A stretch of DNA of 64,000 nucleotides from a virus, in IMG/VR virus record IMGVR_UViG_3300035698_016806, positions 1-64,000 of that record; one strand, 5' to 3'. A model generated the notes under the pieces. It was given only the letters and a program-made list of their open reading frames with translations. It had not been told where the DNA came from and searched no databases. Positions 18,706-28,620 of this stretch are shown piece by piece; positions within the stretch are counted from its first letter, which is position 1, and each line of letters begins with the position of its first letter. The position numbers were made by a program, and so were the translations under genes.

Positions 18706-19599
18706 TTATTTATATTTTACGTGTATAAATTTCAATACTTCTTTTATTCCCAAATTCTCCATGCAATATTCATATTGTTTTGGATGTGTCTTCTTCATTT
18801 TTTGAAATCTATTTATATAAAATATTCCAGCAAGTTCTCTGTGAACCCCGAACATGCAGAACATACAGCCTGTACCTCTGCGGGATTCCTCTCCTTTATA
18901 TATCTCGGAATAATCAATATTATATTTTGCAATATAATTAAGAATATCCTTATTAGTCCAAAATCCTAAAGGAGTGCTGATAGGTCTATTTGATGAGAAA
19001 GCATTACATCCATTTTGCAAGTATGTATATTGTCTTTGATTACTTTCTTCAGCCATTGTCCCTAAAATGCCTTTATTCTCTGTTTCTTTTTCATATTTTT
19101 TAATTGGATCTTTTTTCAATTTATTACAACATTTATGAGATATTTTAAAAGGGGCATCTATTAAGAATTTCCATTTTTCTGCTAATTTACCATTTCCATT
19201 CTCATCCCCATGCAGCCTTTTGTTTAATAATTTTTCTGATTTAGTAGTTCTAATTTCATCCAATATTTGTGCAGTTGATTTGGAAATAACAGGATATCCA
19301 TATTTTTCAATCACTTTATGAAAAGGCATTTTAGGTCTGATTGATGTTACATTATCAAAGCTTTGTGCAAAATTCTTAATCTCAGGATATTCAAGACCAG
19401 TATTAATAAACACAGAAGAAATATCAGGATAAATAGATTTAGCAATATGTAAAAGAACAGTACTGTCTCTTCCCCCAGAAAAACTTATATAAACTTTTCC
19501 TTCCCAATATTCATACCACTCTATTATTCTTTCCCTGGTAATTTTAATTTTTTCAGATAAAGAAAGACTTTGTAGAATTTTCAAATCCTGTATGTTCAT
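18706..19599 (-). CDS. PAPS-reductase-family (PP-loop) protein
   Basis: SFSGGRDS, NTGLEYPE, KCC, RGTGCMFC. Confidence 0.88.
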   Translation of the reverse strand: MNIQDLKILQSLSLSEKIKITRERIIEWYEYWEGKVYISFSGGRDSTVLLHIAKSIYPDISSVFINTGLEYPEIKNFAQSFDNVTSIRPKMPFHKVIEKYGYPVISKSTAQILDEIRTTKSEKLLNKRLHGDENGNGKLAEKWKFLIDAPFKISHKCCNKLKKDPIKKYEKETENKGILGTMAEESNQRQYTYLQNGCNAFSSNRPISTPLGFWTNKDILNYIAKYNIDYSEIYKGEESRRGTGCMFCMFGVHRELAGIFYINRFQKMKKTHPKQYEYCMENLGIKEVLKFIHVKYK

Positions 19600-20073
19600 A
19601 CTGACTCCATTTTTCTGATTCCAATTCGTTCATATTTTTTGTTTAATATACCTCTCTGAACTTCCTTAATACATTGAAATAATTTCACCCTATTTTTCTT
19701 ATCCTTTATCATATATTTAGGAAATGTTCTAAGAATTCTTGTTGCTCTTTTCCATATTTTTAATTCTGTTTCCTGCCAAACCATCAGTATATTATATACC
19801 TTTGCTTTAGTACTTATTCGATAAGAACGGAAATATCTTGCTTTCCCATATGTATCTCTATCAGTTTTAAGACAACTTGGGATATTTAGTTCAATATGAG
19901 GATTATTGAATTTTATCTCGATATTTCTTCTTTCTAATTGTTTTTTTGAAATCACTAAATAAAATAACATAATCCCAATCAGAATCTTCTGTTTCGGTTC
20001 CGAATTTTCTTGACCCTGTAAGAAAACCAATATTTTCAACTATTTCTATTATTTTCTTTCTGGTTTTATTCAT
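19596..20073 (-). pseudogene. Nucleotidyltransferase-like gene split by a +1 frameshift in an A7 run
   Basis: FLTGSRKFG...SDWDY motif in the 5' part; removing one A at 19941-19947 gives SDFKKQLERRNIE... continuing to 19596. Confidence 0.6.
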
Positions 20074-20173
20074 TTTTTTCACCTTTATAATAAGAAAATA
20101 CAGATCATATTTCCAGCACATCCCACAACTAAACCAATTATTAATCCTTCAAAAAATAATAAGGCGTGCATAA

Positions 20174-20830
20174 TTACTCCTTTAAGTAGTTTTGTTGTCC
20201 ACAAGATGCGCCTAAATCAATCCCATCAGTAGTATACATTTCTATATTCATTTTCATAGGTTTAACTGTACAACCATTCCAATTATTGAAGGTTGTAAGT
20301 TTAACATTATCAGCCCCAATAAAACCTGCCAAACCTATAGCTCCAGAAATATCAGCACCTTCTATGAGTATTACATTAACTTCTTTTGGACCAGAATACC
20401 TTCTGAGTGATGCTAAGATGTAGCCAGCAGAAAATGAAGCTTGTACTTTTATATTTAAATTTGGATAATCATTGAGTAATTTCACCCCTGGTCTGGTAGG
20501 TCTGGCTGTAGATAATGCATAATTACCATCTAACTCCACAAAGCAATCAATTACACATTGAAGATTTTCAAAAGGTTCCCCCTGCCCCATGCATGAATAT
20601 AATACGGTTTTATTTCTTGGTATATTAAACATCTCAATTCCTAACAACATCTCTCTTGTTGTTAATGATCTGATAAAAGGTTGTGTACTTGAAATGCAGA
20701 ACGAGCATCTAACACCACACCCAATTTGACTTGGAAAGCATATGATTTCTTTTTCAGGTCTTGCCACATGGACAAACGATACTTTATGATTGTCGTGTGT
20801 GGTAATCCATTTTTTAATTGTTTTATTCAA
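20174..20830 (-). CDS. Minimal RlmN/Cfr-like radical SAM methyltransferase
   Basis: ICFPSQIGCGVRCSFC, MGQGEP, GASCGQ; 218 aa. Confidence 0.75.
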   Translation of the reverse strand: MNKTIKKWITTHDNHKVSFVHVARPEKEIICFPSQIGCGVRCSFCISSTQPFIRSLTTREMLLGIEMFNIPRNKTVLYSCMGQGEPFENLQCVIDCFVELDGNYALSTARPTRPGVKLLNDYPNLNIKVQASFSAGYILASLRRYSGPKEVNVILIEGADISGAIGLAGFIGADNVKLTTFNNWNGCTVKPMKMNIEMYTTDGIDLGASCGQQNYLKE

Positions 20831-20835
20831 TGTAT

Positions 20836-21052
20836 TTATTCCTCCTTAATTGAATCCATCATAATTCGTTTACACATTTCCAGTAACCACATAACTGTTC
20901 CATCAGCATATGTTGAGGCTGCATACACTTCTCCTTCTTTTATCAAACCCAATCAAAACAACACCTTCTAATTGACCCTTTGCTGCCCCTAATACTTTAC
21001 CCACAGGGGTGTCCAGTTTTGTTATACATCCTATTGGTATAATTTTAGCCAT
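20836..21052 (-). pseudogene. Small phage protein with a +1 frameshift
   Basis: MAKIIPIG...VVLIGFDK then an extra A at ~20938; the shifted frame continues EGEVYAASTYADGTVMWLLEMCK to a stop at 20836. Confidence 0.5.
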
Positions 21053-21390
21053 TATTCTCCTCCTGTAGGGGATGGATGATCTCTAAGATCCTCACCATTT
21101 TCTATTGCCTCTGTTATTTTTCTCCAATCACCTCTTTTCCATGATTGGAATTCAGGCGCACGTTTGCACGCAACACAGTTCGGTCTATTATGTAGAATTG
21201 TAATTACACCATCTTTGTACAATTTTGCTACAGGGAGTTCTTTATTGCCTGAACATTCCATTGGGAAAGGAAGTCTTCCATCATAATATTCACACCACCT
21301 TCCCATTTTCTTAGCTTTTATGATTTTTTTAGGGATTCGTTTGACTTCCTCTTTTTGGATTTTTCTGAATCTCTTTTTTAGGACTTTCAT
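21052..21390 (-). CDS. Hypothetical protein
   Basis: 112-aa ORF in the operon. Confidence 0.6.
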   Translation of the reverse strand: MKVLKKRFRKIQKEEVKRIPKKIIKAKKMGRWCEYYDGRLPFPMECSGNKELPVAKLYKDGVITILHNRPNCVACKRAPEFQSWKRGDWRKITEAIENGEDLRDHPSPTGGE

Positions 21391-21393
21391 AAC

Positions 21394-21822
21394 CTATTTT
21401 ATCCCTTGAATATGTTTTTTTATGTATTTATAGGCAGGGCTATTTTTTTTGCCCACGCATTGTTCTGCCATTAATCTTGCACATACAGCATTGTCATATT
21501 GAACATAGAATCCTAAGTGATGGCATTTGTTTTTGACACTGATTTGAGATGACCATTTCTTTGCTTTTCTACTCCAATATACTCCTGTTATATCAGACTT
21601 GCCATGATGTCGTTGGATAGTTAAACTTCTTCTCAAACATCCACATGATCGTGTGTTGCCACTTCTTAAACTGTCCTGTCTGACTTCAATGGTATTTCCA
21701 CAGGAGCATCTACAAATCCATTTTTTTACCATAGTGCATGATTTTACATGTATATGTACTTCACCTTCTATGAGTACAGTCAGTTTCCCATATTTTTGAC
21801 CAACCAGGCTTTCTAAAGTCAT
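21394..21822 (-). CDS. AP2-domain protein with Cys-rich N-terminus (homing-endonuclease-derived, no nuclease core)
   Basis: GQKYGKLTV...CRCSCGN...LRSGNTRSCGC, then GVYW...KWSSQI...HLGFY. Confidence 0.75.
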   Translation of the reverse strand: MTLESLVGQKYGKLTVLIEGEVHIHVKSCTMVKKWICRCSCGNTIEVRQDSLRSGNTRSCGCLRRSLTIQRHHGKSDITGVYWSRKAKKWSSQISVKNKCHHLGFYVQYDNAVCARLMAEQCVGKKNSPAYKYIKKHIQGIK

Positions 21823-22067
21823 TTGTATTTTCTCCCAATATCTTTATTATATTTTTCACCCCCTTGTTTGTGTAAACAACCACAGGATTTAGTTTTGCCA
21901 CTCCGTAAATTTCTTTGTCGAATTAACACATAATTTCCGCAAGTACATAAGCATTCCCATCTGCGCTCTTTTGTATCACTATCCACGCAAATGTACGAAT
22001 CAACCTCTTCAATTACGGTTAATCTTCCGAATTTTTGTCTATTTAGTTGAATTTTAGTGAATGCCAT
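21819..22067 (-). CDS. Cys-rich homing-endonuclease N-terminal module, paralogous to 21394..21822
   Basis: QKFGRLTV...CLCTCGN...LRSGKTKSCGC. Confidence 0.7.
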   Translation of the reverse strand: MAFTKIQLNRQKFGRLTVIEEVDSYICVDSDTKERRWECLCTCGNYVLIRQRNLRSGKTKSCGCLHKQGGEKYNKDIGRKYK

Positions 22068-22608
22068 TTTTCTCCTTGTTTACATGAACACAAAAGGACA
22101 AGTTAAGATTAGCGTATTTAGCCATCACTTTATTGACAAGCACTCTCGCCTGTTCTTCGTCAAGGTTGAAGTTTTCCATGATAGCCATACTGGAACAGTT
22201 CTCTAAAGCAAGTATTAGATGATGACATCTATTTACTAATAGATCCAATCCCTTTTTCAATTTTTTAGGGGAATAGTACATTTCACCTTTCTCATTTGGA
22301 TCAATAGTCCCCAGAAGAGAATTAAACGCTTCATCTTCTTCCTTTTCTTCTGCTTGTATTTTCAGAGAAGGAGATCCAAGAACAGGCCATTCAGGATCAT
22401 AGAAATATTGCCTGGTCTTATTGGTTCCAATCTTTTGAATGTTTATTAGTTTTTTCTTCCTCATTACTGATATGGCCTGGGAGATTCGTTTATGATCTAT
22501 TCCCAAATCATTAGCTATTGCATGAGGAGATACAGGGCCGTACTTTTTCACCTGTTCAAAAATCTTTTCTTGTGAAGCATTTGGATTCTTAGGATAGTTC
22601 TCATTCAT
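22054..22608 (-). CDS. Winged-HTH protein
   Basis: VSPHAIANDLGIDHKRISQAISVMRKKKLI. Confidence 0.6.
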   Translation of the reverse strand: MNENYPKNPNASQEKIFEQVKKYGPVSPHAIANDLGIDHKRISQAISVMRKKKLINIQKIGTNKTRQYFYDPEWPVLGSPSLKIQAEEKEEDEAFNSLLGTIDPNEKGEMYYSPKKLKKGLDLLVNRCHHLILALENCSSMAIMENFNLDEEQARVLVNKVMAKYANLNLSFCVHVNKEKNGIH

Positions 22609-23090
22609 TATCGTTTTCCTTTTAGAATATCAATTACATTTTCATCAAGCTCCATATTGTTCACGGCTTCAATGGCTCTTTCTATTTTTGCGTTAGCTTC
22701 AATGAGTTCAACCATCATACAATATACAAGATTATCCCCTGTTAAATCTCTCCAGTCTTCACTATAACGTAAAGCTTTAAACCCGTCTTGTTTGTTTTGG
22801 TATATTGTATATTTTCCATTATCTATATCAAGAAAGTATTCACAATTTTCTTCAAAATGTCCAGGCAATCCCCACTCAGCCCTGATTTTTTGAGTTTCCT
22901 TGATGTGCATAGTCTCTTTCAGTTTTTCATACCCATTTTTTCTACCGAGTTCTGCTTTACCGAATTCAGCTATGCAATGAATTCTATGGTCGTGATGATC
23001 ATTGCAGTAAGGGCATAAAGGATGTTTATGTTTTGAATTTTCTATCCTTCTTTTTATTGCTTGACAAACCTTACAATCACAAATCGTCAT
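22608..23090 (-). CDS. Hypothetical protein
   Basis: 160-aa ORF with overlapping stop/start junctions. Confidence 0.6.
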   Translation of the reverse strand: MTICDCKVCQAIKRRIENSKHKHPLCPYCNDHHDHRIHCIAEFGKAELGRKNGYEKLKETMHIKETQKIRAEWGLPGHFEENCEYFLDIDNGKYTIYQNKQDGFKALRYSEDWRDLTGDNLVYCMMVELIEANAKIERAIEAVNNMELDENVIDILKGKR

Positions 23091-23293
23091 TAGAAAATCT
23101 CCTCCGATAATAGTTCATTTCCTCTTTCACAGGAGCAGTAATTAACTTCATTTCCACTTCCTTTACAAGATGAACATGTTGATCCATCCCAATATCCTTC
23201 ACCACTTCCATTACAAATGCCACATATATCATGAATCAAACCATCTGTGCATTCTTCACAACATATTACTTTTTTACTAATTTTTTCAGCCAT
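23090..23293 (-). CDS. DnaJ-type CxxCxGxG zinc-finger protein
   Basis: CGICNGSG...CSSCKGSG. Confidence 0.65.
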   Translation of the reverse strand: MAEKISKKVICCEECTDGLIHDICGICNGSGEGYWDGSTCSSCKGSGNEVNYCSCERGNELLSEEIF

Positions 23294-23532
23294 AGTTTAA
23301 ACCTCTTCCATTTAGATTTAGGTTTTAACATTTCACAAATAGGGCAAATACCTTCGGGGTTACATTCTACATTAAATGTATTTTTTGGATATTTTCCTCT
23401 CCAATGATAATGTCCTATGGACACTCCTTTTTTAGGAATTTCCATATTTATTGGAAAAATTTCAATAGTGCCTTTACCTATGAAATAATCTTTAAAAAAT
23501 TTCATGTCTGTATCTTTACCAGGAGTTGTCAT
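23266..23532 (-). CDS. Hypothetical protein
   Basis: ORF with RBS. Confidence 0.5.
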   Translation of the reverse strand: MTTPGKDTDMKFFKDYFIGKGTIEIFPINMEIPKKGVSIGHYHWRGKYPKNTFNVECNPEGICPICEMLKPKSKWKRFKLWLKKLVKK

Positions 23533-23542
23533 TTAAACCCTC

Positions 23543-23803
23543 CTATTTCTTGGCTATGAAGTAATGAACAGTCTTGTCAACAAAAAAGATTGTGATGCCA
23601 GATCCTAAAGATTTACGAGTAAAATTTATATCCTGTTTCAACAAGAACCATGTGAATCGTTTTATATATTCTCCTTTTTCTATTACGACCTGAAAGATAT
23701 TATTTTTGGTTTCTTTTTTGATTATTTGTTCAACTTCGTAAGTTTGTGGAAGACTTTCAATAAAATATCTTTCTTTAATTATGGGCATTAATTCTTTTTT
23801 CAT
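23543..23803 (-). CDS. Hypothetical protein
   Basis: ORF with RBS. Confidence 0.55.
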   Translation of the reverse strand: MKKELMPIIKERYFIESLPQTYEVEQIIKKETKNNIFQVVIEKGEYIKRFTWFLLKQDINFTRKSLGSGITIFFVDKTVHYFIAKK

Positions 23804-23840
23804 AGTTATTTCCTTTTTGTATTACCGGCAATAATATGTA

Positions 23841-25244
23841 TCATAAGTTTGGCCATTGTTTGGAATAAATTCTATCTCTTCGAAATCCAGAGTTTCGTAG
23901 TACGTTAACATTTACATCCCTGAAATCGAAAATACGGGGCACTTTACTTTTGTCATTTTTATCTGGCCTGAGAATTCTACCTGCGACTTGGAGAACCCTG
24001 CCCGAGAAAGCAACAGGTGTTGTTAAAAATAAAGCTGATAGATTGGGCGAATCGAAGCCTTCAGAAATTAGGCTGATTGATGCTATTAAAACCTTGCATT
24101 TACCAGATTTCACATCTGACACAATATTCATTCTATCTTTCTTTCCTGTTGATCCAGATAAGACGTGATTTTTGATATTTTTAGAACGCAGTATTTCAGC
24201 GATACGTTTGCAATGAGCTACACGATCTGACACGACTATGATGTTTTGTTTAAACTGCTTTAAATCGTGCTTAATCTTCGTTGCAATCAAGTTATTTCTT
24301 ACAGCATCTTCACATAGCTTCTTGATAATACTTGAATAAGCCATGTTTGCTTCATCAGCAAAACATTTACCAACTTTGAAATCAGTCTCCACTCTTATAA
24401 TTTTTGGTTTTAATACTGCACCTGTATTATGCAACATCTCTTTATCAACAGTGTGTAGTTTATGCCCTATGTGAGCAAATATAGCATTACCAAGACCATC
24501 ATTTCTAAAAGTTGTAGCCGAAAGACCAAGATAATGTCTTGCTGGAAATTCTTGAAGAGTTTCACTAAAAGAAGCAGATGGGGAACGATGACATTCATCC
24601 AGCACGATCATCCCGAATCTTTTGGTTAATAAACCAAGTCTATTTTTGACTGTATTTATGATACCCACTGAAATATCTTTGATATCACATTTACCGGCAC
24701 CAATTAGACCACAATCATAATGTAGGAATGTTTTGATTGCTTCTTGCCATTGATACAGTAATTCTTTTGAATGAACAATAATTAAGGTGGGTTGATTTCT
24801 TCTGGCTATGATTCCTAACGCACAAATTGTTTTACCACTGCCTGTGGCAGCTTCAAGAACCCCACATGGATACCGTGTAACCATATCATTTACGGCTAAA
24901 GTTTGGTAATGTCTTAATTCCCCATGAAATTCTAAATCCATTTTAGGAAGTAGTAAAGTTTTATCAATGATTTTTGTTTTATAATTGTTTTCATGTAACC
25001 ACTTCTTGAGATACCAGACGTATCCACGTGGAACCCAAGTTGTTTTTTTATCAGCAGATACCTCAAAGAAGTACAAATATCTCATGACATCAACTCCGAC
25101 ATATCCACCATGCTTTTCAGCATTTTTGTAGATAGGGTTATCAAATCTAAGATCTTGGAATATTTTATCTTTGGCTTCTCTTGGGAGGTTTTTGCAAAAA
25201 ACACCCCTCCCAATTTCCAATGTTATCTTACCAATCCGGTCCAT
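23841..25244 (-). CDS. Superfamily 2 (ResIII/UvsW-like) helicase
   Basis: LRHYQ, AATGSGKT, LDECH, GLSAT, SEGFD, QVAGRILR. Confidence 0.92.
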   Translation of the reverse strand: MDRIGKITLEIGRGVFCKNLPREAKDKIFQDLRFDNPIYKNAEKHGGYVGVDVMRYLYFFEVSADKKTTWVPRGYVWYLKKWLHENNYKTKIIDKTLLLPKMDLEFHGELRHYQTLAVNDMVTRYPCGVLEAATGSGKTICALGIIARRNQPTLIIVHSKELLYQWQEAIKTFLHYDCGLIGAGKCDIKDISVGIINTVKNRLGLLTKRFGMIVLDECHRSPSASFSETLQEFPARHYLGLSATTFRNDGLGNAIFAHIGHKLHTVDKEMLHNTGAVLKPKIIRVETDFKVGKCFADEANMAYSSIIKKLCEDAVRNNLIATKIKHDLKQFKQNIIVVSDRVAHCKRIAEILRSKNIKNHVLSGSTGKKDRMNIVSDVKSGKCKVLIASISLISEGFDSPNLSALFLTTPVAFSGRVLQVAGRILRPDKNDKSKVPRIFDFRDVNVNVLRNSGFRRDRIYSKQWPNL

Positions 25245-25452
25245 CCTGATACTCCTCATTCAAAAAGGGATCATTGCTACCTGCTTCATCGAAACTTTTG
25301 GGCGCACCATCATCCCGGTGTCTATCGTGAATCAAACTATCAGCAACGAGTAAACTGCTTGTGGTGTAATCACCCTGTTTCATTCTTCCCTGTGGTTTTT
25401 TCTCAGGGAAGAATAAATTCAGCAACAATAGTAGGATAATATCAATCATATA

Positions 25453-25839
25453 TTATTTCCAGCTAAATTTAATGATAGGATCAAGTGCAATTCTCCATTT
25501 AGCAATAATGGACTCAGGCACAATCTTTTTCAGTGCTGTGATTTGCACTTTTATTGTTTCTGGAAATCTTGCTGACATATCATTTTTTTTCAGATAAGCT
25601 ATGACCTTTTTCGGCTCAATCTCTGAAAACTTTTCTGATTCAGAAATAACTAATTGATCACCAGCTTCATTTTTGTATGTGCCTTTTTTGGTGAGTTCAA
25701 TTTCAGCTTTGATTTCATCCAGCCTTTTTGTAGTATCCTTTTTGATCTTGTTTAATTTGCAACCTTCAGCTATTAACGAGGCTTTCTTGCCTTTCATGAG
25801 TCTTTCTACTGGTTTTTCTTTTTTAATAATTTTTTTCAT
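25453..25839 (-). CDS. Hypothetical basic protein
   Basis: 128-aa ORF with RBS. Confidence 0.6.
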   Translation of the reverse strand: MKKIIKKEKPVERLMKGKKASLIAEGCKLNKIKKDTTKRLDEIKAEIELTKKGTYKNEAGDQLVISESEKFSEIEPKKVIAYLKKNDMSARFPETIKVQITALKKIVPESIIAKWRIALDPIIKFSWK

Positions 25840-25860
25840 AATAGTTCCTTTGTTGATAAT

Positions 25861-26079
25861 TTATTTTCGTGTTCGTTTCTTCCTGTTCACTTTTGTTTTC
25901 TTTGGTCCCGATTCAGGATTGGATTCAGCGATGCTTGCTTCACCATAATTCTTTTCAATATCCTCTACCAGTACCTTTTGCACATATGATGAAAGTGTTC
26001 GTCCATCTCTAAGCGCAAGCTCCATTATTTTTTCTTTTAATTCTTCCGGGTAGGAAAATGACAATCTTGTAGCCGCCAT
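25861..26079 (-). CDS. Arc/RHH-like DNA-binding protein
   Basis: TRLSFSYPEELKEKIMELALRDGRTLSSYVQKVL; AAGGAG RBS. Confidence 0.75.
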   Translation of the reverse strand: MAATRLSFSYPEELKEKIMELALRDGRTLSSYVQKVLVEDIEKNYGEASIAESNPESGPKKTKVNRKKRTRK

Positions 26080-26094
26080 AGTATCTCCTTGCTT

Positions 26095-26174
26095 AAAATT
26101 AATATAACATAACAAAAATTAATATAACATAACAAAAATTAATCCACAACATTTTTTAATTTTTGTTATGTTAT
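26095..26174. promoter_or_regulatory. Operator-like direct and inverted repeats upstream of the RHH gene
   Basis: aaaattaatataacataaca x2 plus an inverted copy ttaatttttgttatgttat. Confidence 0.6.
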
Positions 26175-26188
26175 CGGCAGTAAGTTAT

Positions 26189-26941
26189 TTATCTTCTGTT
26201 TTCCCCATCTGGTATTATAGAAGCTACACCGGCTTTTGTCCCGTTGACAGCTTTTGTGACGATTGATTCCACCAGATTTTGGATGAAATCCAATTTACCT
26301 GCAATTGCAATGGCGGCGGCAAAGGAAGCGGCATCAGCGGCGTTTTTGATTTTGTCTGATTCCAAGAAAGTATCAGATGCAAGTTTCAAAGAATTGGCAA
26401 TGACAAAATCAGAATACCCATCAATCAGCATCAAGGCTTTGATGTTCTCAGGGATTGTATCTGATTCCTGGATAACAGCTTTGATACCTGTGATTATTGA
26501 TCCACCGTACTGTACTTTGGTTGCAGTGTCTTTGGTAGTTTTTACGATTTCTTTTGCTGATTCTACTATTTTGGTAGTTTTGTCTTTTTTCATGCTTGTT
26601 GCCCCACTGTTTGATTGTTTATTATTTTTTTGGCCCAGCATAATACCACGTATATCAAGATGACGAACTGCTTTTTTTTCCATATCCAAGGAGTATCCTT
26701 GGACTGTAACTTCAGCATCTCGACCATTCGCTAAAACGGCCAATTTATCACCTTTTTCAAGTTTAAAGTTTTTGGTGAAGTAGTGGTATTTTTTGATAGC
26801 TCCTTTGAACTTGACCACAACAACAGCACCTTCGTCATTGTCAAAAAATTCATTAAAATCAGAACAATCTTCAGAACAATCTTCGTCCAGACAATCACGC
26901 AAATCTTTGTAGTTTTCAAAAATTTGATACTTGTTATTCAT
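26189..26941 (-). CDS. Hypothetical protein
   Basis: 250-aa ORF with AAGGAG RBS. Confidence 0.7.
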   Translation of the reverse strand: MNNKYQIFENYKDLRDCLDEDCSEDCSDFNEFFDNDEGAVVVVKFKGAIKKYHYFTKNFKLEKGDKLAVLANGRDAEVTVQGYSLDMEKKAVRHLDIRGIMLGQKNNKQSNSGATSMKKDKTTKIVESAKEIVKTTKDTATKVQYGGSIITGIKAVIQESDTIPENIKALMLIDGYSDFVIANSLKLASDTFLESDKIKNAADAASFAAAIAIAGKLDFIQNLVESIVTKAVNGTKAGVASIIPDGENRR

Positions 26942-27063
26942 TTTTTCTCCTTCTAATTATGGCTTTATTAGCCTGTGAATCACAATTTCATTTAAATTAA
27001 CTTTACATAATATAAATTAATATAGATTAAATAGCAACACTTTCAAACACTTTTTAATTTATA

Positions 27064-27134
27064 TTTTATCAAGTAGACCAGCTATCCGTAGGAGGCAGAT
27101 AATTTTGTTTCTATTGCTGATCTACTTGATAAAA
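27064..27134 (-). ncRNA. Candidate small RNA hairpin exposing an anti-Shine-Dalgarno loop
   Basis: 14-bp perfect outer stem (ttttatcaagtaga/tctacttgataaaa); inner hairpin with a CCUCCUA loop on the minus strand. Confidence 0.4.
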
Positions 27135-27224
27135 CATAAGAAATAAGCGTCTTATGTTTGCTTTTAAGACAGTTTAGAAGTATTTTAGTATCAGTGTATC
27201 ATTTACTTCTAAACTGTCTTTAAA

Positions 27225-27482
27225 TCACCTTTTATCAGTCAATCGTTTAAGGCTTTCTCTGTGGTACGGTAGTCGATAAGTTCTTTTGAAAAATCCCTTT
27301 GGAGGATAGAATGGGGTAGCTGTTAAATCAACAGCTATGTTAGAGTTTGGCGCTTCAGTTAATCCTGAGTAGTTCTTTTCGTCAGGTAAAGTGAAATCAT
27401 TTATACTCAAAATCATAGCAACAATTAGGATAACAAGAAATTTAAGGATGAAAGTCATTATTTTCTTGATCATCTTCAGCAC
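27225..27482 (-). CDS. Small membrane-anchored hypothetical protein
   Basis: N-terminal hydrophobic helix. Confidence 0.5.
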   Translation of the reverse strand: MLKMIKKIMTFILKFLVILIVAMILSINDFTLPDEKNYSGLTEAPNSNIAVDLTATPFYPPKGFFKRTYRLPYHRESLKRLTDKR

Positions 27483-27750
27483 CTTTTATTATTATGGTTC
27501 GTTCCCCGTCAATGATTTTTACATCAGGCAATTGCCCCATTATCAATTCAAAAGAAATTCTTAATTCATTGTATTTTTCTTGAAGAATCGTTTTCTCTTT
27601 CAGGCAGGTTTTTAACGCTATTAAATGATACCCCCCTTCATCCATTCTCTTTCTGCATCTTTTTAGGGTTTCCAGAGCTTCTTGATGTTTGTAATGGAGC
27701 TTCTTGTATCTCTCGAACCATTTATTAGACTTTTCTTTAAAAGGCCACAT
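27442..27750 (-). CDS. Hypothetical coiled-coil protein
   Basis: 102-aa ORF. Confidence 0.55.
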   Translation of the reverse strand: MWPFKEKSNKWFERYKKLHYKHQEALETLKRCRKRMDEGGYHLIALKTCLKEKTILQEKYNELRISFELIMGQLPDVKIIDGERTIIIKGAEDDQENNDFHP

Positions 27751-27934
27751 ACTAATTCCCCCATATTTTTGTTGCCGCGGTACAAATCATACCAGTCATA
27801 ATTATATCAGGAAGCCAGGTAATAAATAAAAAAGCCAGCAATATTTCCTCATTAAATTTGTGACTTGCCCAAATCACTCCCAGCGATATCATTTTATTCC
27901 TTATGTATTAATTATTTACTACATTATTTACTAC

Positions 27935-27963
27935 ATTATAAATTAATAAAAATTAATAGTCAA
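27935..27963 (-). promoter_or_regulatory. sigma70-type promoter
   Basis: TTGACT-17 bp-TATAAT. Confidence 0.7.
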
Positions 27964-28047
27964 CACTTTTTAATCGTGCTAAAATAGTCTGTTTATAATT
28001 TCTCTCCTTTTAAAATATTAATTCCGTTTTGTATTATTTTAATTTTT

Positions 28048-28083
<36 letters not shown>

Positions 28084-28228
28084 TCAATTGTCTTTGCACA
28101 AGGATTTTTTATATACTTTTTTGCTGCTTCTATTGCATTTCTGAAGTTTCACAGGCATGAACAACATCTACCAAAGAATCTTTAATCACGACAACCAACA
28201 ATTGTTCTTTCATTTATTTTCTCCTTTA

Positions 28229-28597
28229 CTAATATCCAAAAACAAGATTAACCAGTTCTGTTGATTCTTTCCAATCTTCTTCATCCCCATCTGAAAATAG
28301 TTCAATTGTATTCGGGGAATGGTGCTTGTATATCAAAAGACAAGCACAAACCAATAAATCATATGGTTTCTGGGCAGTTTTGCAAAACTGGAATCCGAAT
28401 CCATCAGATCCTTTTCTTTCCAAAAGAAATGTTTCATGTCCATCATCACCAAGCCCATTGAAACATATATCATCTAAAAAAGGGTGCGCTTCAATTAGGA
28501 TGCTGGTATTACGTAATACCTTTTTACAATCTTCTACAATTTTTTCCCAAATTTCTTCAGGTACTTCTGTGTGTGGAAAGTAATGTGTATATCCCAT
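28229..28597 (-). CDS. Hypothetical phage protein
   Basis: MGYTHYF...FCKTAQKPYD; RBS. Confidence 0.7.
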   Translation of the reverse strand: MGYTHYFPHTEVPEEIWEKIVEDCKKVLRNTSILIEAHPFLDDICFNGLGDDGHETFLLERKGSDGFGFQFCKTAQKPYDLLVCACLLIYKHHSPNTIELFSDGDEEDWKESTELVNLVFGY

Positions 28598-28620
28598 AAT
28601 ATTATCTCCTTATTTGCTGT

